From Octopus bimaculoides (taxonomy: Eukaryota), in NCBI RefSeq assembly GCF_001194135.2, contig NC_068982.1:161088676-161152675 (forward strand): a stretch of DNA of 64,000 nucleotides, in the 5' to 3' direction. Shown here piece after piece: positions 13,315 to 26,756 of the stretch. The translations under genes and the position numbers were made by a program. Position 1 is the stretch's first letter. Every line of letters starts with the position of its first letter. The notes under the pieces were generated by a model. The model was not told the DNA's origin. It saw only the letters and a list, made by a program, of their open reading frames with translations, and searched no databases.

Positions 13315-14698
13315 GTATGCTTTTGTTTCGTCTCCTTGTTGCACCTTAACAGATGCAAGTACATCATGTGAAAATGTAGTTCCTCTCGTTTTAATGACAA
13401 TGCACATAGAATTTACACCTTTCCTTGCTTCCACCATTGCACTTAATGGTCGATGTATGTGATTTCCAGAAAGAAAAATGCATTCTGATTCACTACAATT
13501 CAAAGTTGAATGAATCCGTACTTAGTAACCGTTCATATCCCTAATACTTTATTTTTATTATATTATACTGGTGCATTTTTTCTCTTTCCCTTTTCACAAG
13601 GAATGAATGTCAATTCCATTATGTAGGAATAAACAAACAAAACAGTTAAAAGCTTTAAATGAGAGTAAAAACTATCTACTTTTTATAATGAACACCAATA
13701 TCTCCGTACATTCTATATATGTTTTATAATAGGGTCTCGTTTTTCCTGTAGTTAATATAGTGTTTTGTGTTAATTGCTTATCATACCATCTTTTGATATT
13801 TTTTAGTAGAATAATAGGATTTTCTATCCTATTATGTGTGCGGATATTTAATGCAAAGCATAAGAGTTGAAAGCTCAAAGCTAGTTAAAGTTAAGTATTC
13901 CAACCTATAAAATATTTTTACTCTTTCCGTTCCTATATGTGAAAGCATAGCCAAGATATTTTGCTACTGGGTTCATGATGGTAAAATTGTTATTTCGATT
14001 CCCACACTAGTCGGTGTGTAATGTCCCATTCCACTCAGATGAAAAGAAGTACTGCTACGGAGTGGCACTGCGAAAACTATTAGCTCAAAGTTTTGCAAAT
14101 GCAAAATCTCAACAACTCTTGATGACTACGGCACACAGCCTTATGATTCAAATTTCACCAAGCTCTTAGTTATCTTTCATTCTTTCTGAGTCAGATGAAA
14201 AAAATCAAAAACATAGGGGTAAAGATGACGTTTTCTATCTATTTTCTTAAGTGGGGCGGAGTGGGTGGAATTTTCTATAGGTGAAGTTTATTGGGTAGAA
14301 TTTTCATGAATGGAATTTTCTAGGAATCTAATTTTCATTTTCCTGTACTACCGATGTCAAGTATTTCTATTTCAGACAATAATTTAATTTTTAACATTGA
14401 CGGCAAGTTTTAGGGAAAATAAACTTTGTTGCAGGTGGTTGTTAGCCCCTGATCGAACCTAGCTGAACTATAATCAAAGGCGTTCTAGTTGTGGCTATCC
14501 CGAGTCTTTAAGATTTCTTTCTATTTAAAATAGTAAGGGAGGATTTGAAAGGTTAAGCTGCTATTTGTCACAAACTGAGGGAGTTAGTAAGACCCCCTTG
14601 TTTACTCACATTCACTAGAATTTAGTTTGCCGCCATATTGGGGTTTAAATCCAGAGGGCTGCAACTAAATACTACTCCTCCCAACCACCCCCACCCAC

Positions 14699-14735
<37 letters not shown>

Positions 14736-14793
14736 GCACACACACAAAATTGCTGATTTTGTGCCAAAATTTGAAATCAATATTTAAGACATC

Positions 14794-14987
14794 GAAGGCT
14801 GCAAGCTGGCAGAATCGTTAGCACGCCGGGTAAAATGCTTGGCGGCATTTCGTCCGCCTTTTCGTTCTGAGTTCAAATTCTGCTGGGGTCGACTTTGCTT
14901 TCATCGTTTCGGGGTTGATAAAATACGCACCAAGTGGACACTGGTGTTGATGTAATCGACTTGCCTCCCCACCTGAAATTGTAGATT
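14794..14987 (+). mobile_element. tRNA-derived SINE, family A
   Basis: aaggctgcaagctggcagaatcgttagcacgccggg...gagttcaaattc (A/B-box-like)...gtcgactttgctttcatc...gatgtaatcgactt. Confidence 0.85.
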
Positions 14988-16057
14988 ATATAAACCTAAT
15001 ATCAAAGGTTGTTGAGGTATCATTTAAGGAAGCTTTGTTTACTATTTCTCGCAGGTTGAGTGATGACGGGGAGGCTCTTCATCGATTTGAATAGGTGAGG
15101 CTATCATGCTACAATAGCAGAGAAATGAAACCTCACCTCTTAGAACTTGAGGTTGAATCGGTAGAATATTCTTATTTTGGAAGTGGTCTCGGACGTGTAT
15201 ATCTGTTTATATATTCGACTACACACATTTCCCAGATTTGTATCTGTGTGTCAATATCAATAATGAAGAGGAACATATATAATTAACATCTCAAAAACGA
15301 AAGTAAACAATGCTTTCTTGATTGGATACTTTCAAACAGACGTAATACTTTTAAGTTACGTAACTGCAATGCAATAGCATCAATCATGCACTTAATTACC
15401 AGGACCCTACTGCTAAACATTCTTGTGACTTTATTGATTCTGTTGCGGGTGTTTGTATAACAATGTTGAAGCATTCTGAAAAAGGGTTGAAAAGAATCAG
15501 TAGCATTCAAAATAAATTGAAGTGAATGCCTGGAGATATCTGTAGATGAATGCCTGCATTATTTTGATTTTCTACGGCTGCATCATTACATAACTTATAT
15601 ATGTTTCTAAACCATATCATACAGAGATGTCCTTTATAAAAAACGAAAAATTACGTATTAAAGACTGAAATATTCAATAATAAAATTATTGTCAGTATTG
15701 TACACTTTCGTTTTTGAAGTGTCTATTCCGTTGAAATCAATATTTGTATATCTACAATTCTCAATGTTATGATCATGTATATGTTTCTTCTCGATCTTGT
15801 TTGGTAGTTTGATATATTATTGGTCTGAGTTCAAATTTAAAAGTGTGTGACTACAAACAGAATGCGACATTAAGTAATAGGAAGACTTCATGAGCATGAA
15901 TTAATTATCACTCTTCATATAATCCCACACATCTGAACACAGTGTAACTATAAACAAAGTGACTGTTATAATAAAACAATCTTTTTGAGACATTATTTAA
16001 TGTATTTTCCAGATATTTCTGCAATAAATTAAATAAAATATTTCTTCATTCGTTATT

Positions 16058-16278
16058 TAATACCGATTTCAAATTTCGGCTTTTGCTAATAATTACGTCG
16101 GAGGGGCAAAGTCGATTACTTCGACCCCAATCCTCAACTGGTACCTATTTTATCGATTCCAAAAGGATGAAAGGCAAAGTCGAACTCGGCAGAGATTTTA
16201 ACTCAAAACGTAAAGTCGGAAGAAATGCCAACAAGTATTTGGTCGAGTACGGTAACGATTCTGCGAATTCTCTGCCTT
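16058..16278 (-). mobile_element. Family A SINE, outer-left copy (ttgaaaccaatatt-tail subtype)
   Basis: rc head ggcagagaattcgcagaatcgtta; rc tail ccgaaatttgaaatcggtatt. Confidence 0.8.
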
Positions 16279-16290
16279 ACTCCATTGTTT

Positions 16291-16511
16291 AATATTCTTT
16301 TCTACTCTAGGCACACGGCCCGAATTTGGGGGGAGGGAACAGTTGATTAGATCGACCCAAGTACGCAACTGGTACTTAATTTATCGACTCCGAAAGGATG
16401 AAAGGCAAAGTCGACTTCGGCGGAGTTTTGAACTCAGAACATAAAGACAGACGAAATACTGCTAAGCATTTCGCCAGGCGTGCTAACGTTTCTACCAGCT
16501 CGGCACCTTCC
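16291..16511 (-). mobile_element. Family A SINE, inner-left copy (gtgcctagagtagaaaagaatatt-tail subtype)
   Basis: Near reverse complement of 16534-16754. Confidence 0.9.
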
Positions 16512-16533
16512 GTTGCTTCATATTAAATACGCA

Positions 16534-16754
16534 GGAAGGCGGTGAGCTGGCAGAAACGTTAGCACGCCGGGCGAAACACTTAGCAGTATTTCGTCTGTGT
16601 TTACGTTCTGAGTTCAAATTCCGCCGAGGTGACTTTGCCCTTCATCCTTTCGTGGTCGATAAATTAAGTACTAGTTGCGTACTGGGCTCGATCTAATCGA
16701 CTGGTGCCCTCCCCCAAAAATTCAGGCCTTGTGCCTAGAGTAGAAAAGAATATT
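16534..16754 (+). mobile_element. Family A SINE, inner-right copy, well preserved
   Basis: ggaaggcggtgagctggcagaaacgttagcacgccgggcg...gagttcaaattccgccgagg...gtgcctagagtagaaaagaatatt. Confidence 0.9.
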
Positions 16755-16755
16755 A

Positions 16756-16965
16756 AGTAGGCAGAATAGTTAGCATGCCGGTCAAAATGATTAGCAGTAT
16801 TTTGTCCGTCATTACGTTCTGAGTTCAAATTCCGCCGAGATTAACTGTGCCTTTTATCCTTCCGAGATCAATAAAATAAGTACCAGTTGGACACTGGAAT
16901 TGATGTAATCGATTTACTCCCTCCCACGAACTTGCTATCTTTGTGCCAACAATTGAAACCAATAT
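16756..16965 (+). mobile_element. Family A SINE, outer-right copy (ttgaaaccaatatt-tail subtype)
   Basis: aggcagaatagttagcatgccgg...gagttcaaattccgccgag...gtgccaacaattgaaaccaatat. Confidence 0.85.
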
Positions 16966-17299
16966 CAAACATAAATGTTACCGTCAAGTATTCTGAACAG
17001 AGAAGACTTTGTTAGAAATAGCAGTCAAATTAGCTCAGCCAACAGCCTACTGTCTTGGGGAAAAGGAAATACACACTAGCCAATATAGTCCTAGATATAC
17101 GAAAATAATGTGATAGTTGTGGATGAAATGCCTTTGATAAAAGATTCTTCTCAGCCAGAGCTGAACTTGGGCTAAAGAATAACAAACGTATATTCCGAAA
17201 TTGAAAAAAAAAAAGATTAATTAGTAATAATATTCCTTGTTATTTGCTCATTAAAGGCACTTTGTTAAGTATGTTCGACTCGTGATCACTAGTCATTTA

Positions 17300-17400
17300 T
17301 TCAATCCCAAGGTTGAACAGCGTATTGTGTCCTTGAACAAAGCACTTCATTTCACTTTGTTACAGTCTACTCAGACGTGAATGAGTACGAGCTGATTGCT
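17300..17400 (+). mobile_element. Degenerate SINE fragment (family E)
   Basis: cgtattgtgtccttgaacaaagcacttcatttcactttgttacagtctactcag is similar to the rc of 55560-55737. Confidence 0.45.
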
Positions 17401-17834
17401 GGTGCAGTTGTCACTCCCTCCAACTTCCGCGTCCTCAATTTGCTACTGAATCAAAGTTGAGGGAGCCGAGAATATGCGTCTGTCTGCTCGCTATACATGG
17501 ACATCCGAAACAATTAGCGAAAACATGGTGCATATTACCAAGTCATGTTCGCTCGCTGCAATGAACTAATAGCTAACTAAAATGGGTTCTAAAATCAATT
17601 TTTGAGGACAGTGAATGCATCAGGTGTACGATTATTGTACAGTTGGTGAACTTCTCCAACATTTTTTGTGTAATTTTAATTTTTTGCCTGAGGGTGGACG
17701 TGTCGGTGTGTGTGCATACTATTTAAGAGTTTAAAAGTACTACACACGAATCAAATCAAAATATATCGTTACATATTTTTATACATTATCATCAAGATGT
17801 GAACATTGAGGAATGATATCATAAAAACAATATG

Positions 17835-18006
17835 TTTCTTTGGCTTTGGGTAAAGAAATAGGACTATCAGTTATGATTTTATTCCTCATATTCCTCTGAC
17901 TTATTGCAGCGATCCTTCAGATTTTCTAAACCTTGTAAAAGAGCTCGGAAGGTTAGGCCTCCAACCAGGCCTTTCATGATACCCTTAAAGCCAGGAACTT
18001 TTCTGC
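17835..18006 (-). mobile_element. Non-autonomous mariner-type MITE
   Basis: Right TIR aaagccaggaacttttctgc, degenerate left TIR gtttctttggcttt. The minus strand retains a mariner C-terminal-like stretch GLENLKDRCNK. Confidence 0.55.
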
Positions 18007-18039
18007 TTAAGATATAAACATAATACAACATATGGACAT

Positions 18040-18147
18040 CGAGCACTTATTGTCTAGGGAAAAAATACAATAGTTCAAGATATCGCCTAGGGGAATCGAA
18101 CTCGGAGTTTCATGTTTACAAAATAAGCTTCCTAGCCGCTCAACTAT
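18040..18147 (-). mobile_element. tRNA-like SINE head
   Basis: rc ggcatagttgagcggctagg (A-box-like)...gagttcgattcc (B box). No complete cloverleaf, so not called a tRNA gene. Confidence 0.55.
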
Positions 18148-18623
18148 GCCTACATTTTATTTCTTCTACGTAATATGCATGCATTCGTATGCATATATAT
18201 ATATATATATANNNNNNNNNNNNNNNNNNNNNNNNNNNNNNNNNNNNNNNNNNNNNNNNNNNNNNNNNNNNNNNNNNNNNNNNNNNNNNNNNNNNNNNNN
18301 NNNNNNNNNNNNNNNNNNNNNNNNNNNNNNNNNNNNNNNNNNNNNNNNNNNNNNNNNNNNNNNNNNNNNNNNNNNNNNNNNNNNNNNNNNNNNNNNNNNN
18401 NNNNNNNNNNNNNNNNNNNNNNNNNNNNNNNNNNNNNNNNNNNNNNNNNNNNNNNNNNNNNNNNNNNNNNNNNNNNNNNNNNNNNNNNNNNNNNNNNNNN
18501 NNNNNNNNNNNNNNNNNNNNNNNNNNNNNNNNNNNNNNNNNNNNNNNNNNNNNNNNNNNNNNNNNNNNNNNNNNNNNNNNNNNNNNNNNNNNNAGAGAGA
18601 GAATGAGAGAGAGAGAGAGAGAG

Positions 18624-18660
<37 letters not shown>

Positions 18661-18895
18661 GGAGAAAACAGTAGAAAATAGATATTTCACATATGTTTCC
18701 TAATTTTAATCTAAATTAGAGTAAAATTATGAAACATCTGTGAAATATTTACTTTTTACTATTCTACACATCTTGGTCTGAACATGATTATTGCGTTGTA
18801 ATAATATATTGGAGCTGAACGCTATGTTAATAATTGTGCTCTTAAATTCAGTGGGGATATTTTATAATCCTTAAACACTAATTCAACGCACACAT

Positions 18896-18933
<38 letters not shown>

Positions 18934-19599
18934 AATATATGGACCCACTATGATACATGTATGTATGTATGTATGTGCTGTTTTCTTAAACACTCCGGTA
19001 TCTTACAGTTTTACGATATTTTCTATGCTTCGTAAATAATGGTAATCTGGGAAATTGATTATTGCCAAGCTTCTCAATATATTGTTGCAGCGTCTTAGAT
19101 CTCCCCGCCTTAAATATCTAACTCAGTTATGAGTTTTGCATAGTAAGTATATCACCTAAGTAATGTTGAATTTAATAAAAGAAAAGTGGGAAAAGCAATA
19201 ATACGCAAATACTGTGATGTGCAATATTTATGATGTTGAAATTAGCACAAACACTAAAATATGAGAGTTATGACAGTGTGAACAAACGTTTCATAGTTAA
19301 ATGTATGTGTGGGCCTCTGAGAAATTTAGGCTACACCCCATCAAAATGTCTCCTTTTTTTTCACGTGGCCTAGCGGTATGGAAGCATACCGTATTGGTTC
19401 TTGAAGTTGTGAGCGAAAACATTTAAGGGAAAACTAGTAACTTCGGAGTCATGTGGAGGATTATAGCATGTTATTTTTCTCTATTACTATGTACACTTTG
19501 TGGCTGTCATCGATGATAACCATACACTGGTATGGTTATGCTTTCATCACTCTACCCATACTTCTAATTCCTGGAACATGAGCGGACGCTATCCTATAT

Positions 19600-20520
19600 T
19601 CTACATAAAGTACATTAGAATTCAAAAAATCTTTAATGATTCAAGGGTAAGCAAAAACAATAATAATAACTCCCCCTTCGATGTTAGCATAACAGGCGTC
19701 GATTTGGCTCATACATACTCCATAAGATATGACAAAAACTATATCGTACAGTTGGATTTATTGCAACTGTCAATAGTAACCACTGTATCCTAAACAAGAT
19801 GAAGGACTGCCCCCAATTCTTCAAATAACAGATTTAAAATCACTGTAGTAAATGTCCTTGATGTAACCCTAGATTTGGATTGCAGCTTATATTGCCCATA
19901 TAGAAAATCCAATCAATTTCACTACATTAATAAATACTTGGATTCTCTAAATCTATCATTAAGAATTTAGTGACAAACATGACACAGAACCTCCACTATA
20001 TCGGCTAATGATCAAATATTCAACGAACACGACCCATACTAAACTGAAGTATCAAAATGCAACGACTTCAACGGGAATATATCTTACAAATAACTCACGA
20101 ATTCATAATAAGAATAGAAATAAACTTTAAAAAAATATATTATATACTCCTTAGTTCAACCCTGAAGTCACTACACTCTTTTCCAAAGCTTTCTCCTTTT
20201 CGTTTGCTTAACAACCCCCGCCATTGTAGATACAACAAAATGTTCAATCACAATACGACACAGCTCTCCTACTCTACTACTCCTAGCATAGCACAAGTTA
20301 TCACCTCAACGAAGGGAGTGTGAACTAGATCACATTGCAGATTCGTTTACACACCGTTTTGTCTATTAACGTTATATCCAGTATAGGTAATACCTTCCTT
20401 AAAATAGTGGATAAACATTTGTCTACACACACATGCATAGAAAGCTTTCCAATAGAAACAGGCTTAAGGTCTCCTTCAGTTGCTCATCCATCATGTTGAG
20501 TATTTTTCGTATATAGGTTC
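19600..20520 (+). mobile_element. Degenerate Penelope-like RT and RT-EN linker fragments
   Basis: PFDVSITG; NVLDVTLDLDCSLYCPYRKSN; HCRYNKMFNHNTTQLSYSTTPSI; SIGNTFLKIVDKH...NRNRLKVSFSCSS. Confidence 0.7.
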
Positions 20521-20784
20521 ATAACTAAACTGGTGATGATGACTATGATTTTGGCGGTGGGATAAAAGTAGCCTGGAGGTTTGAAATAGTCATAAGGCGA
20601 AGAAACCCCTGAATAAATAGGAAGGATTTTTGTGTAATTCGTTAATCAAATCCATCCCCGTGTTTTAGAGGCTCTGAAAAGTTCAAACTCTGAGTAGAAT
20701 AAAAAGGAATAAAGTAGAATAAAAGGAATAAAATGAACATTGATAAATCTAAGATAAATGGAATTGTTACTGCTGCCATTGTTG

Positions 20785-20817
<33 letters not shown>

Positions 20818-21329
20818 TATCCTTGATCGTGCAGACATAATAAAAACATTCTAACTATGATCCTCCCATTATTTTGCAATGTCCAGGACTTTATTATCTA
20901 ACGCCACCATCTCTATTTTTAAGACAACGAGGTGTAATTTTAGCAACTCGAGTAACCATGTGGAGGGTCCCTAATTAGCTTGACAGCTGTGTTTCTCTGA
21001 TTTAGTATATATCGGACAACATTTTCAAATGTTTTCTTACTATTCTAAAGATGTGGTTTCATTTGAAGGAGATTTAGCAACTAGTTTTAGTAGAGACCAT
21101 AGTTTTAGTAGAGACCACATTGACTGGCGAATGTAAGTTCCAGCCGAATAACATTTTTCGTGCAATTCACAACACAGCTGTATATAAGTAGTACATTCAA
21201 ATACAGTTATACATAAGTAGTATATTCGTGGATGTCACCAGTGTTGCCATTAAAGACAATATCCAATCCCTATGGCATTTCCACAGTAAGATCATATTGG
21301 AACTATTTCCCCAGCTTGTTTCTTACAAT

Positions 21330-21660
21330 TTAAACACTCCTAGAGTGAGTCTTTTTCTACTAATCGCCTGAATGATCTTAGTTATTCCAATTTTTTTTTA
21401 CCACAATATATTACATACTGTGCCTGTATAATTGAAACTGGAGAATAGCTAGGAAATTTTGATGTCAGTGTGACTGTTTCAATCTCTTCCTCAATAGTAA
21501 TTCGGTTATTCTGTCGTAACTGACTCCTACTCCTATTGTTTCATCACAATGATAACATCATTCTATTATTTCCCATTATGCTGTCGTAGCTAACTGCTGC
21601 CAAAACTATTTGTGATGTCAGAGCGTCTATGTTCGTTTGTTCGTCAACAATATTCTATTG
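21330..21660 (-). mobile_element. Degenerate mariner transposase N-terminal fragment
   Basis: rc QLRQNNRITIEE resembles mariner LIRxNRRITIxE in the second HTH region. Many stops. Confidence 0.4.
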
Positions 21661-21733
21661 TATCAATATTCTATTGAGTCTGGTGTAATCTTCTTTCTTG
21701 GTGTGTGTATATATATATATATACGTATGTATG

Positions 21734-21784
<51 letters not shown>

Positions 21785-22463
21785 NNNNNNNNNNNNNNNN
21801 NNNNNNNNNNNNNNNNNNNNNNNNNNNNNNNNNNNNNNNNNNNNNNNNNNNNNNNNNNNNNNNNNNNNNNNNNNNNNNNNNNNNNNNNNNNNNNNNNNNN
21901 NNNNNNNNNNNNNNNNNNNNNNNNNNNNNNNNNNNNNNNNNNNNNNNNNNNNNNNNNNNNNNNNNNNNNNNNNNNNNNNNNNNNNNNNNNNNNNNNNNNN
22001 NNNNNNNNNNNNNNNNNNNNNNNNNNNNNNNNNNNNNNNNNNNNNNNNNNNNNNNNNNNNNNNNNNNNNNNNNNNNNNNNNNNNNNNNNNNNNNNNNNNN
22101 NNNNNNNNNNNNNNNNNNNNNNNNNNNNNNNNNNNNNNNNNNNNNNNNNNNNNNNNNNNNNNNNNNNNNNNNNNNNNNNNNNNNNNNNNNNNNNNNNNNN
22201 NNNNNNNNNNNNNNNNNNNNNNNNNNNNNNNNNNNNNNNNNNNNNNNNNNNNNNNNNNNNNNNNNNNNNNNNNNNNNNNNNNNNNNNNNNNNNNNNNNNN
22301 NNNNNNNNNNNNNNNNNNNNNNNNNNNNNNNNNNNNNNNNNNNNNNNNNNNNNNNNNNNNNNNNNNNNNNNNNNNNNNNNNNNNNNNNNNNNNNNNNNNN
22401 NNNNNNNNNNNNNNNNNNNNNNNNNNNNNNNNNNNNNNNNNNNNNNNNNNNNNNNNNNNNNNN

Positions 22464-22811
22464 CTCGTCGCTCATAATCTTCACTTTCTATTTTATTCTC
22501 TCTTATCTTGATTTTCTCCCTTCTCTTCTTCTCCTGAGTTCAAATTTCGCCGAGATTGACTTTGCCTCTCGTCCTTTCTCGAACACAATAAAGTGCCAGT
22601 TGCGTAATGGAGCCGATTTTCTCCTACTTCGCGCTTTTCTCCTTCCTCTCCTTCCTCTCGTCGCTCATAATCTTCACTTTCTATTTTATTCTCTCTTATC
22701 TTGATTTTCTCCCTTCTCTTCTTCTCCTGAGTTCAAATTTCGCCGAGATTGACTTTGCCTCTCGTCCTTTCTCGAACACAATAAAGTGCCAGTTGCGTAA
22801 TGGAGCCGATT
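22464..22811 (+). repeat. Identical 155-bp tandem duplication (period 193) containing part of a family A SINE, abutting an N gap
   Basis: 22464-22618 is identical to 22657-22811 base for base. Confidence 0.9.
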
Positions 22812-22879
22812 GGTATTGACTGAACCCTCTCCCCCAATATTTCTGGCCTTGTTCTAAAATTTTGAAGTCATAAGTGGTG

Positions 22880-24345
22880 AGCTAGGTTAGTAGAAACGGT
22901 ACAGCAGAGGATGAGACCAGGAAACACTCCAGAACAACCCTAAGGAGTGACGAACTAGTTCTCATATCAACCTACCTTAGCCAAGGAGTAGTAAGGTTGA
23001 AGATAGTAGACGTACCACCAGAAGTAAATATATGCTCGTTGGTGGTTGTTCTCTCCTTCGACATAGAGGACAAAAGCAATATCTTGCAGATCCACATGCT
23101 GCAAAAACAAAATTAGCCGGGCCAAGGGATGGAGTTCTTAATCCAAAAGAGTCACTAGAGCATGGAATCCATTCCGGGTCAGATCAGTCCACCAGACGGC
23201 TCACGGCTATAGGTAACAATTGAGGACGGATACAAACCATCTCAAGGATTTCTGCCCAAAGCAACAGCTGAGAGAATCAAGACCGCCACTTCCGACACCA
23301 TCACCAGAGTAACAAAAACACCAACAGGCAAAAGAAGCAGCACCAACAGCAGCGTGTGATAAGAACAGCAACAATGACAGTAACTGAAACACTAAGCTCA
23401 ACAGCCACCAAAGCAGCTGTAAAAGCAACAGGAGCAGCAACAACAGAAATAATGCCAAGAAGTAATAGCAACAAACACTAGTCAGAAATGTTGCCCTCAA
23501 AGGCCACTCCATCACTAACACAGCAGCAGCTGAGAACCTTCAGATCAAAGAAGAAAAAGACAATAATCACCACCCAAAACATCCGTTTCCCCCGCTTCCG
23601 ACAAATCTGAAATGTCGTATGGCAAAGGTGACGGTGAAGAAAGTACATTGCAAAAAGTATTTGTATCGTTAATTGTTTGTTGTCTGTGTTTATGGCAACG
23701 AAGTCTATACTTTCTCTTTGTTGTTTTTGGACTTGGTTTGGGTGTGGAATGGGACCGGCTGGTGCTTGTGATGTTGCTTGTGTATGTGATTGTGATGTTG
23801 TTGTTGATGATGATGTTGGTGTATTGTCGTTGAGGTGCGATTCTTCGATGAGTTTGAACCTTCAAACGGATATAGTTGGCGTGTTATTTTCTCTTTTCTT
23901 TTTTCTTGCTTTATACTTTTTGGTGTGCGATTTCATCACACAAGCAAATCGCACAACAACACACACAAAAATTTTCCAAACAACGCAAAACATAAAATGC
24001 TAAGAAAAACAAATGCTACGAAGAAGTAAAATACTTCAGAGGGAGCATCAATAAAAGATTTATAAAGAACTGTTTGGAAAAAACCCCTACAGCTAACCAG
24101 AGGGACAAAACATCTCTCCCTCCTACAGAATTAATGCAAATAGTTTTTCTCACTTTCCTCCTTCTCTCGAACTTGGCCTTACTTAGAATAGGCTGAGGTC
24201 GCCTTGGAAGTGAGGCCACCTAATCAACTATCTCCGGTCACTAGACATAGTTATGGTGGCCATCAGCGAGACAAGAATTTCTGATCCGCAATCCCTCGAG
24301 TCCGTTATGGGTGGATAGATCTACTTATCTTCAAGTTGACAAGAA
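22880..24345 (+). mobile_element. Degenerate L1/Tx1-like LINE: ORF1 remnant and start of ORF2 APE endonuclease
   Basis: DVPPEV...RL*VTIEDG plus a decayed zinc-knuckle region. At ~24210-24340, GHLINYLRSLDIVMVAISETR matches the APE motif I (xQET) context. Confidence 0.6.
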
Positions 24346-24977
24346 TTTTTAAAAAGTGAGAATACGCATGGCCGTTCCACTCGTATCTATTCCCTCTTTT
24401 GGGATAAATTAATTATAAAAAAGTTACGAGCCTTTAAAGACATGGTAAACTTTTTTGAGTTTAGCATAGCCATGATATGGAGTGCTATGATTATTTTCTT
24501 AGGGGAGGTGGGTCTAGAAACGCAACTATGACAACCCCAACAAACAGTTATTTTTGCAAAATTAAAAGACCCCTTGCATTCTCGCTTCTGCCTTCTTCTT
24601 AGGTACGGAGTATACTTTCCCAGATTAAAAAATAAAGAAGGGCCGTTCCAGCTGCATTTATCACCTCTATTTAATATTCTAACATAGTGCACTCCAGATC
24701 ACATTACACAGTATCCTACTTTTAAGGCGATACGGTATGATTTGGGGGAGATTTCGTTGCTGCTTCTTGCAGGTCAAGTACTCTGATATAGTTGGTTCCT
24801 TCAGAAGAGGAAAAATCAAATTTGCAGACGGTTAGTTTAACCATTTCTTTGTTTCGTCTTCAATAAATGTAAATTCTTGATCACTAATAAAACAGATAAA
24901 AAGGAAAGTGGTGTGCCATGAATGGTAGAGTGCCGAACTAAATGACAGTTATGTTGTTGTTGTTGTTGTTGTTGTTG

Positions 24978-26756
24978 TATGAAAACTCACAGCTTATTTT
25001 GCTGGGTGTGATCAAAGTGTCAGCGGTCCACAGCCAGCAGACCAAGGTGACACTTGTTTACTGGTCATGCTTCAAAAACCTTACGAAGAATTCTTGAAGT
25101 TCCAAGCAATGCTGATTTTTGTAGTTGTTCTACCTACACACTTGCACCAATCTTTTTCAGCTATGTTGGTAGTTGAGTGTTGATACTTCCAAGTGCATCA
25201 ATTACTATTGGTATCACGTCTGCTCTCTTCATTGACCTCAACCTTCGTATTTCTCACTTCAAATCGTCATAGTTGTTTATTTTTTTCTTCTTCTTTCACA
25301 TTGATCCTGTTGTCACTGGGGCATGTTATGTCGATTATCATACATGTTCTTTCTTTCTTATTCACCACAACAATGTTCAGTTTCCGATGTCCGGTCGGGT
25401 GATCGCACTGGATCATTGCATTTCAAAGAATTTTTCAATTCTCATTTTCGGTGACTCCTTCTGGAGTTTGCTCGTACCACGCCTTTGCTCTTTATAGGGC
25501 GTGATTTCCACAGAGCTCCCAATGGATCGTTCTTGCCACATTATCATGTTGTCATTTCGAACATTTGCTAACGATATGCCATACCGTTTCACCCCTCTCA
25601 CCACACATTCTGCATTTGTCGCTATCGGTAGTGTTGTCTATTCTGCACTTCATATAGTTGATCCTTAACGCTTGTTCCTGAGCTGCGCATATGAGTGTTT
25701 GTTTCCATCTTCAGGTCATTCCTCATCCATAGCCACCGGCCCTCTGTATTTGTCTTGACGTTCACATCTCTTGCAAACTGACCGTACATTTACTTTTCCT
25801 TCCATGTTTTTTTATTTTTTATTTTTGTTGTTGTTAATTTCTTCTTTAAATATTTCTTCAGTTAAACAATTTTCAGTGTTGATGAGTGTTTAAACAGTGA
25901 CTCCACGGCATTTTTTATATACCAGGCTAGGCTGTTTTCCTCTGCTTCGAAACAACTCTGGCAACTGATTAAACCTCTCCCACCCTTTCTTCTGGACAAG
26001 TACAGCCTATCAGTGTCACTCTTAGTGTGGAAGGCTCTATGTACTGTCAACATTTTTCTGGTTTTGGTCTCCATTTTCTTCATTACTCTCTTTTGCCATT
26101 TTATAATTCTTGCTCTATACTGAAGTGATGCTATCACCCACGTATTAACTGTTTCGATTATATTCCGTCCAGTTAATTTTGAGCGCAACACCAACCTCAG
26201 TCTTCGGAAATACTCCATCCTCAGTTACTCTTTCATTTCCTTCCCCATTATCTCGTTGAACTCTAGTACATCATGGTATTTGTATCCTTCCGTTTCAACT
26301 TGTTTAATCAAGTCTCTGTTCGGTAATTCTATCCATGCTGAGGACTGTACCTTGCCTCTTTTGAGGTAGATTATTCCGCACTTCTTGAGTTCAAATTCCA
26401 TTCTAATATCAGTACTAAAACAGTGAACCCTATTCACCAAGGAACTCACCTGTATTTGATGTTTCCTATACATTTTCAAATCATCCATGAAGAGGAGGTG
26501 GTTGATTGTTTGAGATTGTTCCTTTAGTTGATACCTCAGGTTTATTTTCCTAAGTACCAAGGTCAGGGGTATCATGCAGAGAACAAAAAGCAACGGAGAT
26601 AGGCTATCACCTGGAAAATCCTGCTTCTGATACCCAGGATGTCCAAGCTGTTTCCGTAAGATGTCAGTTCAGTTTTCCATCCCACCATGCTTCTTTCCAG
26701 GAAAAACGTTACATTCCTTGCAATTCCAAGCGGATCTAGCACTCAATGATCCACAT
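24978..26756 (-). mobile_element. R4/Dong-clade RLE non-LTR retrotransposon, 5'-truncated, decayed
   Basis: WIIEC..GIARNV..LERSM; IFQ(G)DSLSPLLFVLCMIPL; INHLLFMDDLKMY; DRLYLSRRKGGRGL; CRMCGERGETVWHIVSKC; RLE MIIDITCP..D.RI..KEEEKINNY..L; VIPIVI.ALG. Flanked by (TAA)n at the 5' end and (CAA)n at the 3' end. Confidence 0.92.

Noticed and set aside
15283-15600. Protein-like frames on both strands
   Set aside because: Stops or frameshifts in all frames and no identifiable domain.
18040-18147. tRNA gene
   Set aside because: Only A/B-box-like motifs; no complete cloverleaf or acceptor stem, so treated as a SINE head.
19374-19391. Hairpin cggtatg-gaag-cataccg as a Helitron 3' end
   Set aside because: No CTRR terminus at the expected distance.
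6870-24345. Idea that the two L1/Tx1 remnants are one split element
   Set aside because: The ORF2-middle piece lies upstream of the ORF1/EN piece on the same strand, which is the wrong order, so they are separate insertions.
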